The notes beneath the pieces are model-generated. The model had not been told where the DNA came from. It saw only the letters and a program-made list of their open reading frames with translations, and did no database searches. 64,000 bases of DNA, from contig CM075995.1 of the NCBI GenBank assembly GCA_038087875.1, positions 10,542,001 through 10,606,000 of the forward strand, read 5' to 3'. This document shows positions 23,695 to 36,215 of this stretch, piece by piece. This stretch comes from Malacoraja senta (taxonomy: Eukaryota). The translations under genes were made by a program, and so were the position numbers. Position 1 is the stretch's first letter, and every line of letters starts with the position of its first letter.

Positions 23695-24762
23695 ATGAAA
23701 AAAACGACTCCCTGTCAGAGCCCTCAGAGATCTGTCTCCAAGCAACTTTTTAAAATACAGTCACTACCTGAAAAAATTCAAGAACCTGAAGAAGTAACTG
23801 CTGAACTTCAAGAACCTGAAGAAGTATCTGCTGAATTAGCTCTGAAAATGACTACAAGATCAAAGGCTGAAATGGCTGAAAAAGTTTTAAAAGAAATGGA
23901 GGAAATTAAGATATCGGCCAGTGACTTAAAAAATGAACTTTTGGCAGTTAATAAAAGTATGATGGAGAGCATGATGCAGAACATGAACGTCGGGAATCAG
24001 AAAGTTATTGATTTAATCGATAAAATAAATAAACGAATAGACGATGTTCATGGTGAATTATCTTTGAAAATTGATAAGGTCGAAACAGACTGTACTAGTA
24101 AGTTGGATGTGGTCCACCAAACTGTTAGAACATGTTGTGCTACCATGAAAGATATGGAAATAGCAATGTTACAAATGGCTGAAGAAATGCAGAAAATCAA
24201 GAAGAATTATGAAGATGTCGTCGGTCAGCTGACCAAAACGTCGGATAAATGCCTTGACTTGGAAGCAAGGTCAAGACGGCAGAATTTAAGAATAGTTGGA
24301 GTGGCAGAAGGGGAAGAGGGGAACGATCCCCAAGAGTACACTGCTAACTTACTTAAAAATATACTCAACCTGCCAGCTAAACCGAAAATAGAAGTGGCAC
24401 ACCGGGCGAATCGGCCAAAATCGAGGGCACAAATAAGAGGTGCTCCCCCACGACAGATCATTGTGAAATTTCAGGACATTTCAGCATTGGAAGAGGCCAT
24501 GCGAAAAATACAATATGGAAAGATTATGAAGTTTGGGACGAACACTATCAGACTTTTTAGAGACTATCCTTATGAAATTGCTAAAAAACGAGAAGCGTTT
24601 AAAAATACGCAACATATCTTGAAAGGGCACAGGGAAATCAGATATGGAATAATTTATCCTGCTAAGATGATCATTACTTATAAGGATACCGAACGCAAAT
24701 TTACTGATCCAGAAGCTGTTTACAAATATGCTCAAGACATTGTAAAAGAAATAGAGGCTTAA
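23695..24762 (+). CDS. L1 ORF1p (coiled coil, RRM, CTD), intact, 355 aa
   Basis: DLEARSRRQNLRIVGVAEG, IEVAHR, PRQIIVKF, YGIIYPAKM. Confidence 0.92.
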   Translation: MKKTTPCQSPQRSVSKQLFKIQSLPEKIQEPEEVTAELQEPEEVSAELALKMTTRSKAEMAEKVLKEMEEIKISASDLKNELLAVNKSMMESMMQNMNVGNQKVIDLIDKINKRIDDVHGELSLKIDKVETDCTSKLDVVHQTVRTCCATMKDMEIAMLQMAEEMQKIKKNYEDVVGQLTKTSDKCLDLEARSRRQNLRIVGVAEGEEGNDPQEYTANLLKNILNLPAKPKIEVAHRANRPKSRAQIRGAPPRQIIVKFQDISALEEAMRKIQYGKIMKFGTNTIRLFRDYPYEIAKKREAFKNTQHILKGHREIRYGIIYPAKMIITYKDTERKFTDPEAVYKYAQDIVKEIEA

Positions 24763-27437
24763 GCAAAACATCACATCCTCAAGACAAGGTTTTTATTCTA
24801 CAGACAACAGCTGAGGGAAGGTCGATAGAAATAACTTTTTAAACTCTTTAAAAAAGGATTAAGATGGCGCAGCTTCTCCATGTGCAGCTGTCTAGACCCT
24901 CTTATCTTCTCAAGGACAAATTCGGCTTCAACATGAGCGAAAGATGAAATAACAAGGGTGTGGCTGAATGAGCAACCTAACGAAGATGGATGGGGGGGAA
25001 AAAAATCCTGAATGAAAGACTGTTAAAATGTTATCCTTACACTAATTCCATACTAACACAAAAATTACTGAACTAATATAGTTATAGTAATTAATGTTAT
25101 TGAAATTAATACACTAACAGTAATAGTAATTGATTTAAAACTGAATTGCTTAACTGATAAAATGTAATAATTCATTGCAAGGATTGACCCCCCCTCCCCC
25201 CTGGGTAGGGGAGGAGGGGGGCTAAATATCAGTAAATAGAATTTCAACAGACTAACAAATTAATTTAGAAATTATGATAAGTTGTAGTTCAAATCTTGTG
25301 CGGAAGGAGGTGAGGAGATTCAGAATCTTGGCAAATAGCCAGGTGCCTGAATCGGGTTAACCCCTTCCAACCAAAGGCAGATTAGTATGGAGGAAGAAAA
25401 TGTAATAATTGTTAACATAAGTGAATGGTAGATAAGCTTGGAGATTAGAGAAGATTTATTTAAATATAAAGATATGGTAGATACGGTAAGGCTGACACAT
25501 AAAATTTGGCTTTGAATGGGTCCCAACTCCCTTTTGTAAGATTATTCAAGGGAACGGAGCTAAATGTAGATTAGCAACTACGGAAGTCATTAATTGTGTA
25601 ACTACCACCATTAGGTGGATAATTGGTCACAGTGTCGTCATTTTTAGACACTGTAACCTCACTCTTTTGATTTTTTTTTAATGTCACAATAATGTACACT
25701 TTTTTGTTTCTTTACTTAAGGACAATTTTGAGAGGGATGTAATAATTGAATTTAATATTGCAAATGCTCGCCCAACAGCCAGAGACCTAAGGTATTGTTT
25801 GCACCACATGTTTAAAAGGTAGTAAACAATTTAAAATGCAAGACGATATACAAAAGAAATTTGGAGGAATCACATTCTGTAGTTGGAATATTAGTGGTGC
25901 TAATGAACCAATTAAAAGGGGTAAGATTTTTGCACAATTGAAGTCACTCAATTCGGACATAATATTCCTACAAGAAACTCACTTGAAACTGCAAGCTCAA
26001 GCCAGATTGAAGGCAAACTGGATAGGCCAAACATACCAATCTTCATATATTTCCAAAGCTAGAGGCACAGCAATCATTATTCGAAAAGGTATACCATTTA
26101 AATCGAAGAATATCGTGACAGATAAGGAAGGGAGATACCTTATAGTTACCGGAGAGATTCATGATACCCCAATCACCTTGGTAAATATTTATGCGCCTAA
26201 TTTTGATAATCCTCAATTTTTTAATAACATTTTGAATATAATTACAGAGTTCAATTATCAAAATGTGATAATTGGGGGAGATTTTAACTGTGTTTTAGAT
26301 CCATATTTGGATAAATCTTCACAACAGAGTAGGGGCAACATAAAATCTAAAACCAGGGAAATCTTAAATACTTACATAAAAAATACAAATATAACAGATG
26401 TTTGGAGGATCGCTAACCCTGTCAGAAGGGAATACTCGTTTTATTCAATGGTACACAAAACGTATTCACGTATCGACTATTTCTTAGTCGATACAAAACT
26501 AATTCCCTATACAATGAACCCAAAATATCACAATAGTATAATTTCTGATCACTCCCCGTTAACTTTTTTTTTTTAATTAGAAGGAATGCCTTCTAATAAA
26601 TCGTTTTGGAGGTTTAATCCTCAAATCTTAAATGATCCACAAGGGGAAATATATTTAAAACAGATGGAACTTTTTTTTAAGAATAATGATACCCCAGATA
26701 TTTCACCAGTTCTGCTATGGGAATCATTCAAAGCAGTTATTAGAGGATCTATAATCTCATATCTAGCCTTTTTAAATAAAAGGAATAAGAAAGAACAAAA
26801 GCAGTTAGAAGAAAGGATTAGAGAATTGGAATTAGATAATGCTAAAGAGCCTACTATAGACAAATATAATAAAATAACAATAATGAAATTTAAATTAAAC
26901 AAAATATTATCAGCAAATGTTATTAGATTATTTCAAATCACAAAACAGGAAAATTTTGAATTTGGGGATAAACCACACAAGCTTCTGGCTCGACAACTGA
27001 AAAAACGGGAAAAGGACCACACGATTTTAAGGATTAAATCAAATAAAGGGGAATTGTTAACACTACCTAAGGATATTAATAAAAGATTCGCTCAATTTTA
27101 TCAAAATCTATATACATCTAAAGCGGTAGCAGATAGTACTAAAGTTAGAGAGTTCCTGGATAATTGTAAGCTCCCAAAACTCAATGAGAGTGAACAAGAG
27201 GAATTAGGTGCACAAATCTCAACTAAGGAAATAGAAGAAACAATAAATACATTAAAGAATGGAAAAACTCCAGGACCAGATGGTTTTAGTAATTAATTTT
27301 ATAAAAGATTTTACGAGATAATTACACCACGACTACATAAAATGTATACATATGCTTTTAAAGAACATACACTTCCAGAAACACTGGCGGACTCAACGAT
27401 TACACTAATACCTAAAAAAGGTAAAGATTTAGAAGAT

Positions 27438-27917
27438 TTTTTTTAGATTTAGATTTAGATTTAGATAGCCCTTTATTGTCATTCAGACCGAAGTCTGAAC
27501 GAAATTGCAACAGTCATACATAAAACAACAATAAACACATTAACATCCACCACAGTGAGTCCACCCAACATCTCCTCACCGTGATGGAGGCAAAAGTCTT
27601 AGGTCTGCAGTCTCTTCCCTCCTCTTCTCCCTCTGCGCTGAGGCGATACCCCCCGGGCGATGTTACAAATCAGTCCCGCGGCTCAAACACGCCCGGGGTG
27701 GTCGAAGCTGCCGCCCACCAGTCCTGCAGACGCAGCCGCTCACCCGCGGCCGAAACCCGGACTCAGGCCACCACCGCCAGAACACCGTCCCAGCCACTCT
27801 CACGTGAGTACCGTGCCATCTTCAGCCTCGGGCAGGGCCGTCCCGACATGGGCACCGAAGCTCCCCCGGGCCGGGCCACCCCGACATGGGCGTCGCTTCT
27901 TCCCCGGGCCGGGCCGC
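27438..27917 (-). mobile_element. GC-rich SINE-like retroelement with (TCTAAA)n tail, inserted in L1 ORF2
   Basis: Splits DLED|PGSYR. Carries the shared hairpin at 27544-27591. Confidence 0.85.
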
Positions 27918-28622
27918 ATCCGGGCTCTTATAGAGCTATTGCGCTGTTAAATACAGATCAAAAAATATTAGCGAAAACATTAGCTAGAAGGCTAAGTAAC
28001 TATGTCAGTAAATTAATAAATCCGGATCAAACAGGGTTTATACCCAAGAGATATTCAAGTAATAACCTGAGACGTCTGTTTAATATAATGCACTCACATA
28101 AAACCGAAGAGCAAGACTTATCAATTATTTCACTGGACGCAGAAAAAGCATTTGATCAAGTGGAATGGGATTATATGGTTAAAGTATTGCAAAAATTTCA
28201 AGTGGGAGAGAATTTTATCGCTTGGGTAAAATTATTATATGACAGGCCTACGGCCAGAATATTAACTAATAATATCTTGTCCTCGAAATTTCAGTTATCA
28301 AGGGGAAATAGACAGGGGTGTTCATTATCACCTCTGCTATTTGCTCTTGTAATAGAACCGTTAGCGGAAAGTATTAGGATACATCCGAATATTCATGGGT
28401 ACAATACAAAATATTCAAATAATAAGATATCTTTATATGCAGATGATGTACTACTCTATATATTACAAAATCACAAACTAGTATACCAAATATATTAAAT
28501 TTAATTGAGGAATTTGGATCCTTTTCAGGATATAGAATAAATTGGAATAAAAGTGAAATTATGCCGATTAAACCTCAGGAATCGACACACCTGTTAAAAT
28601 TCCCTTTTAAAATCGCCTTAGA

Positions 28623-29092
28623 TATGACGGACATAGCACACCTTGAAGAAATGAGACTCCGCCTAATAGATAAATATGACCAATTCTTAAGGAGTTGGTC
28701 ACCTTTCATCGACTTTTTGGAATCATGTGATGCAGCAGTACCGTAAAGATTACTGATTTCAGGTCAGGTCGTGGATAGATTTACATCTCCTAACAAAGAT
28801 TTGAAAATTTCTTTTTTAAGGGTCTTTTTTTACTATTTCTACTTTCTATTTTTTCTTTTCTTATATACACACTTCACGTTTTTCTATTTTCTACTATTTA
28901 TTTTTCCTCTTTCTTTTCTCTATTTTTTTTTTTTTATTTTTTTATTTTTTACCTCCTTTTCAAAAACATAAAACTAGAGGTTGTACATAGAATGCATTAC
29001 GTTATGACAGTTGGCACCTAAAATTAGGTGCCACTGTATTGATTTGTATTGTATTAACTTCTAATAAAATAAACATCAACAAAAAACAAAAA
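28623..29092 (+). mobile_element. 3' fragment of a second L1 nested in L1 ORF2
   Basis: 14-bp TSD AAAATCGCCTTAGA (28609-28622 / 29093-29106), A-rich tail, ORF2 end WSPFIDFL. Confidence 0.92.
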
Positions 29093-31099
29093 AAAATCGC
29101 CTTAGAAAAATTTATATATTTGGGAATTGAAATTACTAGAAAATATAAATCTCTATTTAATGCAAACTATATGCCCTTACTCAATAAACTAAACACACTT
29201 ATTAAATTCTGGAAAACCCTCCCGATATCTCTTAGAGGCCGAATAAATGCTATAAAAATGATCTTTTTACCACAAATTTTATATCTATTCCAGTCAATAC
29301 CGATATACTTACCAAAAATTTTTTTTTTAAAATTGGATGCTGATATTACAAATTTTATATGGGACTATAAATCCCACAGAATCCAAAGAAAACATTTGTG
29401 TAAACCTAAGGAATTTGGTGGATTATCACTCCCCAATTTTTTATATTATTATTGGGCCACAAATGTCAAAAATATGATTCACCTGTTGGACAATTCGGCC
29501 CAGCAGGTGGATTGGATAGTAATGGGGAGAGAGAGGACTGCTCCCCTTTTAACATAGGAGCGATCCTTCTCTCACCAACAAAAATAAAGATTACAAGACA
29601 AAGTAAAAATCCAATTATTCACAATACAATTAGAATTTGGAAACAAATAAAATTAACGTTAAAATTAAGAAATCTATCACTTCTTTCACCTATAATGAAT
29701 AACCCTTCGTTTAAACCCTCTATGATAGATAGAGCTTTTATTAATTGGGAAAGAGTAGGAATTAAAACGTTTGGAGATATGTATGATAATGGACCATTTT
29801 TTAACATTTCACCAATTACAACTTAAATACAACTTGAATAATAATCAATATTTTAAATATTTCCAACTACGTGACTATTTGAAAAAGTATACACGAGAAT
29901 ATCAAAATATGTCTCCTGACTTATTAGATGACAATATAAAAGCGGAATCAGCTAATTTAATATCATACCTATATAATTCCATTTTAAATATAGAAATTCC
30001 ATCATCGGACGGGATCAGAAGAGAATGGGAACAGCAATTGGCTATAAAAATCTCGAAAGAGAGTTGGGATCAACATCTATTATATGTGCATAAATGTTCG
30101 ATTAACGTAAGACATACTCTGATTCAATTTAAAATTTTACATAGATTATATTATTCAAAAGCTAAATTAAGTAAATTTTACCCAAATACCTCTGCAAACT
30201 GTGATAAATGCCTAGTCCAAGAATCAACTATAACACATTATTTTGTTTTTTATATAAAAATTCAAAAATTTTGGAATGAAATTTTTGAAATTTTCACTAA
30301 ATTATTTAAAATAAAACTGAAACCGAATGCAGAACTGATTATTTTTGGAACAATAGAAGCAAGTTTGGAGCTGACTTCGTTTCAAAGGAGTTTTCTTAGT
30401 TATGGCTTAATAACGGCAAAAGAATTAATACTGAAATTTTGGAAAAATGCTCCTACGCCAACAATAAAAATGTGGACTTCTAATATGTCGGAATTGTTAC
30501 ATCTAGAAGATATGAGATTCCTCCTAGCATGTAAACAAGACCAATTCCAAAAGATTTGGTCTCCATATGTCGACTTATTACAAACATAGGGTGCAACAAA
30601 ATGATGATAATAAATGGATTTAGGTCCTGGCGAGGGGTGAGTAAAGATATGAAGTAGGTGCATCCCTTTCATACGGTCCTATCTTATTTTCTTTTTTCTC
30701 TTTTTTTTCTTTTCTTCTTTAACTACTTCATGTGGTTTAGGTTCACATGTGTGTTCCTGGACCACTTTTTCATTCACTCACTGACTGTCTTTGCTAGCTC
30801 TTTCTATCCTTTTTTCCTATTAAAGTTGAAAAACAGAAGTGGTACAAGAACTGTATAAATTTACGTTATTGCAGATTACTGTAATGTAAAATACTTCTAA
30901 TAAATTAAAAATATATATATATATGTATATACACAATGTATATAGTAAAGAAATAGACTACTTAAATTGTCTCTATTTCCTAAATTCCTTTTAGAAATGA
31001 CTGTATTATTTCTTAAATTTTTGTTAGAATAAAATAATTAACTATTTCATTCTCACCTTTTTATCATTACATGATAACATTCACAGTCCTTGCTATCTA

Positions 31100-31380
31100 C
31101 ACAATGGTCGCAAGCATTTAATAATGAAAAGCAGAAGGATAGAGCCATAATGTATTACAATACCACAAATACCACCAAACCAACGGTATGGCCACCAGTT
31201 CTCATTTCTCTCAACCCAATTTCCAGGGAAATGTGGGTAGCAGGGTCAGTGATATTATCAGGGACATAGGTGCAACATTCTCGTTCTATTATACCACAGA
31301 TGTACATCTGGTGAGGCAATGGCCTTGAATAGAACAAGAAGATATATCTAGTCTGATAAGCGACAGAACTTGGATGAGTG
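31100..31380 (-). pseudogene. Retroviral env transmembrane subunit remnant
   Basis: CGIIERECCTYVPDN is CX6CC followed by TYVPD, then a hydrophobic stretch. Confidence 0.75.
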
Positions 31381-32174
31381 GCAGAGAGACGGAGAGATGG
31401 AGAGACTGAGAGATGGAGAGTCAGAGAGACAGAGAGACAGAGAGACAGAATAAATACATTTCGAGCATTAAAAGAAAACTAGTGCACAAGAATGGGTAAA
31501 ACATACATTAGGTACACAAATTTGTTCGAGAGGAATGAGCCAGAGTGGTAGCCCCCTCCTTTCCAAAAATTTGTATTGCGCATTAGAGGCGTGCCTGGGT
31601 ATTAACTTCACCTTCCCTTGTCTGACAGAGCCATTCTGTCTACTAGAATCTTTGGTTTTGTGGGGACCAAGCATGGGCATTCCCCTGGAAGGCTTGATAT
31701 GGGAGTCTTTATAGTTGCGGCCACCCATATTGGCATTGCACTTAAGGTGGGCTAAGGTTTGCAGTAGGTTCGTCACATAGAATGGCCAGTGCCATTTTTA
31801 AATTGTGAAAGTCTTCTTGTGGGAGTGAGAGAGTTAAAATGAAAAAGGATTACCCAAGCCCACAAAAGCTCTCATCTGCTAGGATTGGGCGGGCTGGTGT
31901 AATTCACAATGGGATGGTTCGATTCCCTGTCCGTCAGAATCCTGGGCGCTGTGATTGGACAGTGATCCAGATCGTGATTGGTCAGACTCGCTGTCATTCA
32001 GGGTCTCGCTACACCCCACACCCGTCGGGTCACTCACATACTCTCCTCTCTCTCTCTCCAGCAGAGGCAAACTCTGTGCTAAAAGTTATACAAAGCTCGA
32101 AGGCAGTTGCACGGCGGGCAGCCTCTAAGCATTCTCCTTATCTCTGTTCTTACAAACAGAAAATTAGAGTCTGT

Positions 32175-32279
32175 CAGGCCTATTTCCTTCGCTGCATAGA
32201 TGCTGCCGCACCCGCTCAGTTTCTCCAGCACTTTTGTCTACCTTCGATTTTCCAGCATCTGCAGTTCCTTCTTAAACAC
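32175..32279 (+). mobile_element. Short Penelope-type 3' tail insertion
   Basis: TSD ATTAGAGTCTGT (32163-32174 / 32280-32291). Confidence 0.8.
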
Positions 32280-32439
32280 ATTAGAGTCTGTAAAACTGTT
32301 GTTTCAAGTTTGTTTTAAACTGTACAGACTGTTGGCAGCTTAAATGTTAAAGTTCTGAGCACCCTCGATTTTCAAATCATGCTTTGTTCCCTTTTTCAAT
32401 CTTCTTTGATTTATCTGCTGTTTCTTTCTCTGGTGCTCG

Positions 32440-33197
32440 AGGGGGGGGGGGGGGGGCGCTGCGAGACGGCTGCCCTGCCAGCAGCGTGTTCTTTATTTCT
32501 ATTTTTTGTGTGTTTTTTGGTGTGACTAGTGTTAGTTTGGGTGTTTCTCAGTATGTCTTATGTGTGGGGTGGTGGGGAGCGGTAAGGGGGAAACCGCTTT
32601 CGGCCGCCTCCTCCACGGAGAGACGACTTTTTCCATGTTGCCTCCCTCGCGGCCTAACACCATGGATTGGAGCAGCATTTCCTGGAGTCGGGCCCGGAGT
32701 CGGGCATCAGCAGCAGGCGCAGTGTAGACTTTCCATCATGTGGTGGGCGAACCCTTGCCGGGGCCAGAAGGTCTGCAGAGGTTCTAGCCACGGCCGGGGC
32801 ATGGACTTACCATCCGGAACCTGGGATCCCTTGCCGGGGATCGCCGGAGAAGAGCTCCGACTGCGGGCCTGCGGCCTATATAGCATCCAGAAGCCGTGGA
32901 CTCCGGTAGGAAAGTGCGGATCCGGGACCTCCACCAAGTGTGTTCCACCGCCTGTACATCGGGCTGTCTGTAGCGGCGACTACGGAGGGTCTATGGCCTT
33001 GACCACAGGTGAACAAAGGAGGAGGACTGGCTGAACTTTGTTGCATTCGACCACAGTGAAGAATGCTGTGGTGGATGCTTCTGTTAAATTTTTATTGTGT
33101 ATTGTGTGTTCTTTTTAAGTGTATCGCTGCTGGCAAATTTATTTCACTGCATGTGATGTGCATGCGATGAATAAAATTGACTTTGACTTTGACTTTG
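32440..33197 (+). mobile_element. GC-rich SINE-like retroelement with (GACTTT)n tail
   Basis: Same layout as 2224-3065. Hairpin 33043-33077. Confidence 0.75.
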
Positions 33198-33453
33198 CTC
33201 TGCATTGTTTAACTCTCTCAGTTGGATTTATATTGCTCATCCTTCCTCTTCTTAGCCTCAGCTCTTTCCCTTCTTTTATCTCATCTTCCTTTTCAGTCTC
33301 CGAGTTGCTATCAGTATCATTTTCTTCTGGGAGTGCTCTTCCCTGTAGGGGTGCTGCAGTCCCCCTTTCTACGGGATCTTATATGGGGGAGGTGGTCTAC
33401 ACTATTCCCGACTTTGTTCCTCATCCCCCTCTTCTATAATCAGGGTCGCTATG

Positions 33454-35060
33454 TGTAGATGAGATATGCATGTGCCTTTTTAGCAGCAACAACCATGGAA
33501 GAGACCCAGCTGGTGGGCTCGACGACCGCCTTTAGGACGCCCATTTGTACCATACTGTGTAGGGTCGCCTCCACTTTGTCCCTCATGGCGAAGGAGATAC
33601 GGTGAGGAGCATGGACCACAGGAACAATCTTATGGTCCACTTCAATCTTGTAGCTGCAGGGTAGTTTGCCTAGCTTATCATCAAAGCGGTCGGGATAATC
33701 GGCCAGCGGGTCCATAAGAGCCTGCACCTGGTGGATGTCCCGGTGGAAGGACACCAGTCCCATTTCCTGGCATGCCTGGATCCCCAGCAGGGGAACGCAT
33801 CTTCGATTGAGGAGAAAGAAGGTGAGGGGCCGAGTGGTCTTCAGTATCTTACAGTGTAGTGTGGCCTTGCCCACAGGAGTAAGGATCTCCCCACCGTAGG
33901 CATGCAGGTTTGAGCTCTGAGAAAATATCTGCTCATTAGTTCTTATCTGGTTGAAAAGGGATGTTGACATAACATTGGTAACCGCCCCAGTGTCGATTTT
34001 GGCCGTGAAGGTCGAGTTGTTCACAGTGACTTGCACAGAAGGATCCGTTATCATAGCAGGTGCGTCCACCACGGTAAACAAGCTGGTCTCCCCCTGAGAG
34101 GAGTTAGATGTAGGAACAGAATGTTCATCGGAATAGTGCTGGGAGCTGAGCTCATTATCCGACTGTAGAAGGTTGTTTAAATTTTGCCTTCGAGCAGCGA
34201 CAGGCTTCCCACGGGAATGACAAGCTGCAGCAAAATGGTTCAACTTATTGCAGGAATTGCAAGTTTTCCCTAGAGCAGGGCATACATTGAACTGATGAGT
34301 TGTCCGTATGCAGACCACTCCCGGTCACTCCAAGCTCGCTACTGTCGTCGGCTCTGCGGGGTCGCCCAGGTCCTATTTCGTCGACTATGCTGGGACCATT
34401 TACCGACGGTCCCGCCAGCACCTTCGGCTCGTCAACGAGCCGCGTCCTCCTGCCGCCGATCCCTTTGCTCCCCCGCTGCCTGTTTCGCGTCCGGCCGTTG
34501 CCCTGCCCGTGATTCCTGACATGCCTCGCTCTGCTCCTCCTTCGCCCCTTCCGCTCCATCACACTCCGACTAGTCCTCGCTCGCCCGCCCGCGCTCTTCC
34601 CGGTCCCGGCCCCGCATCCCCTCCGGGTTTGGTGCCGCGGTCTCTTCCGTTTCCTCCCGTTTCTCCCTTTCAGGTTCGTCCGTCCCCGCTGGTGCCTCTT
34701 CCTCCTGCAGGAAGGGTGGATGGCGAGACGCGGACCCGGGCGGGACGTCTTGTCAAACCGCCTGACCGCTATGGCGATGTTGCCTAGCTATCCTAGCGCA
34801 TGAGCCGTGGTCGCCATGTCACCATTGTATTTGCCTGTCGTTTCGGAGAGGAAGGATGTAGATGAGATATGCATGTGCCTTTAACATAGTGACCTCATAC
34901 CTACTAACCACTCCCCATATCACAAGTATAACTACAACCTCCCCACCCACAGATCGCTCTCTAGTTCCTGTGACAGACCACGTACAGCTAGTGCAATGTA
35001 TAATGATCCAGTATGAATAAAGATAGTAAAGTAACGATGCCTCGTTATCAATCCTTTACA
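33454..35060 (+). mobile_element. Rearranged Gypsy LTR retrotransposon
   Basis: TSD CTATG (33449-33453 / 35061-35065). Right LTR 34857-35060 follows PPT GGAGAGGAAGGA. Left LTR is only ~25 bp. IN tail on +, gag-PR-RT piece on -. Confidence 0.88.
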
Positions 35061-35698
35061 CTATGACAGACAAGGGGACCCCGGGGATCTTTTGCTTAGG
35101 TTTCCGTTTTCACATTACCAATTGTTTATTATCTTTTCCAGCGCTAAATCTTTTTTCCTGGTCGTAATGTTTATATGAGCCTCGGTCTAAATAACACATG
35201 TGGTGTACTGGAGTTCCTCAATCACTCTTATCCAGAGCTTGTCCCAGATTCTATAATATTTCCACGAACTAATCCGACTAACCCAATCAATGTTTCCACA
35301 GACTTATATCCGATCTATCCAATCAATAGCAAGTATCAATAAAATTTCCACAGATGAATATCCAACCTATCCAATCAATAAAATTGATCAATAAAATTTC
35401 CAGACTAATATCTGACCTATCCAATATTCAATAACCCCCCAGAAAAAATAATAAAATAAAAAAATACAAATAAAATCTTACCTTACGTTGTCTGTGATAA
35501 GGATTTTGGCAGGGAACCAGATCGACCTCGGACTGAGGGACCAGAATTTTCCCGGTTGTTTTCTTTGGGAGGTCAGTCTCAAGGGGTCCGTCAAGTGCAC
35601 TTTTCTTCTCGTCCAGTCCCGGTCAAATTATTCAGTCATCTGTGATAATCCCATGCAAAATCCTGCCAACCAAAGCCAATGTAAAGTTCATTCCTTAT

Positions 35699-35901
35699 CA
35701 TAGAAACATAGAAAATAGGTGCAGGAGGAGGCCATTCGGCTCTTCGAGCCAGCACCGTCAATCATTGTGATCATGGCTGATCGTCCCCTATCAATAACCC
35801 GTGCCTGCCTTCTTCCCTTATCCCTTGACTCCACTAGCCCCAAGAGCTCTATCTAACTCTCTCTTAAATCCATCCAGTGACTTGGCCTCCACTGCCCTCT
35901 G
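35699..35901 (-). mobile_element. HER1 3' fragment
   Basis: CATAGAAACATAGAAAATAGG tail. Confidence 0.9.
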
Positions 35902-36145
35902 TCATTCCCTCCCTCAACTCTCCCTTTTCGCACTCCCACACTAAACACAATGTTTAAATAACATTTGTTCTCCACCCCTAACCCACTCATTGCACAGGCT
36001 GGAGCTTATCCCAACACTGATCATTGCCAGTTGAGATCCCATTGTGATGTCATTGTTCACAGCAGCGTATATAATTGAGATCCCATTGTGATTGGAGGAT
36101 TGTGAGATGCCATTGTGACGTCATGACTGGAAACACAGGAGGGGG

Positions 36146-36148
<3 letters not shown>

Positions 36149-36210
<62 letters not shown>
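36149..36210. repeat. (GA)n microsatellite
   Basis: About 30 pure GA units. Confidence 0.97.

Positions 36211-36215
<5 letters not shown>

Larger units (their letters stand above)
25836..30589 (+). pseudogene. L1 ORF2 (APE, RT, Cys domain) broken by frameshifts, a stop and two insertions
   Basis: SWNI, LQETH, NIYAPN, GGDFN, SRIDY, SDH; GKTPGPDG; LDAEKAFD, RQGCSLSP, LYADD; CDKC. Confidence 0.92.
23504..30928 (+). mobile_element. Full-length L1 LINE with disrupted ORF2
   Basis: TSD ATATACAATGTA (23492-23503) / ATACACAATGTA (30929-30940). CpG-rich 5'UTR, ORF1, ~1.07-kb spacer, ORF2, AATAAA tail. Confidence 0.93.
22177..35700 (-). mobile_element. Heavily deleted and interrupted ERV-B (PBS Ser-like, env TM remnant)
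   Basis: LTR stub at 35680. PBS TGGCTTTGGTTGGCAGGAT ~35660-35678 resembles the tRNA-Ser PBS. CX6CC at ~31270-31300. Putative U3 edge TTTACA at 22347. Confidence 0.6.

Noticed and set aside
27581..28498. 305-aa ORF as a novel RT fusion protein
   Set aside because: The N-terminus is the antisense of an inserted GC-rich element fused by chance to an L1 RT fragment
32529..32810. HDV-like ribozyme hint (GTGTTAG/CTAACAC pairing, GCC-TCCCTCGC-GGC loop)
   Set aside because: No GG after P1, no J4/2 catalytic strand, and the pairing is not seen in sibling elements
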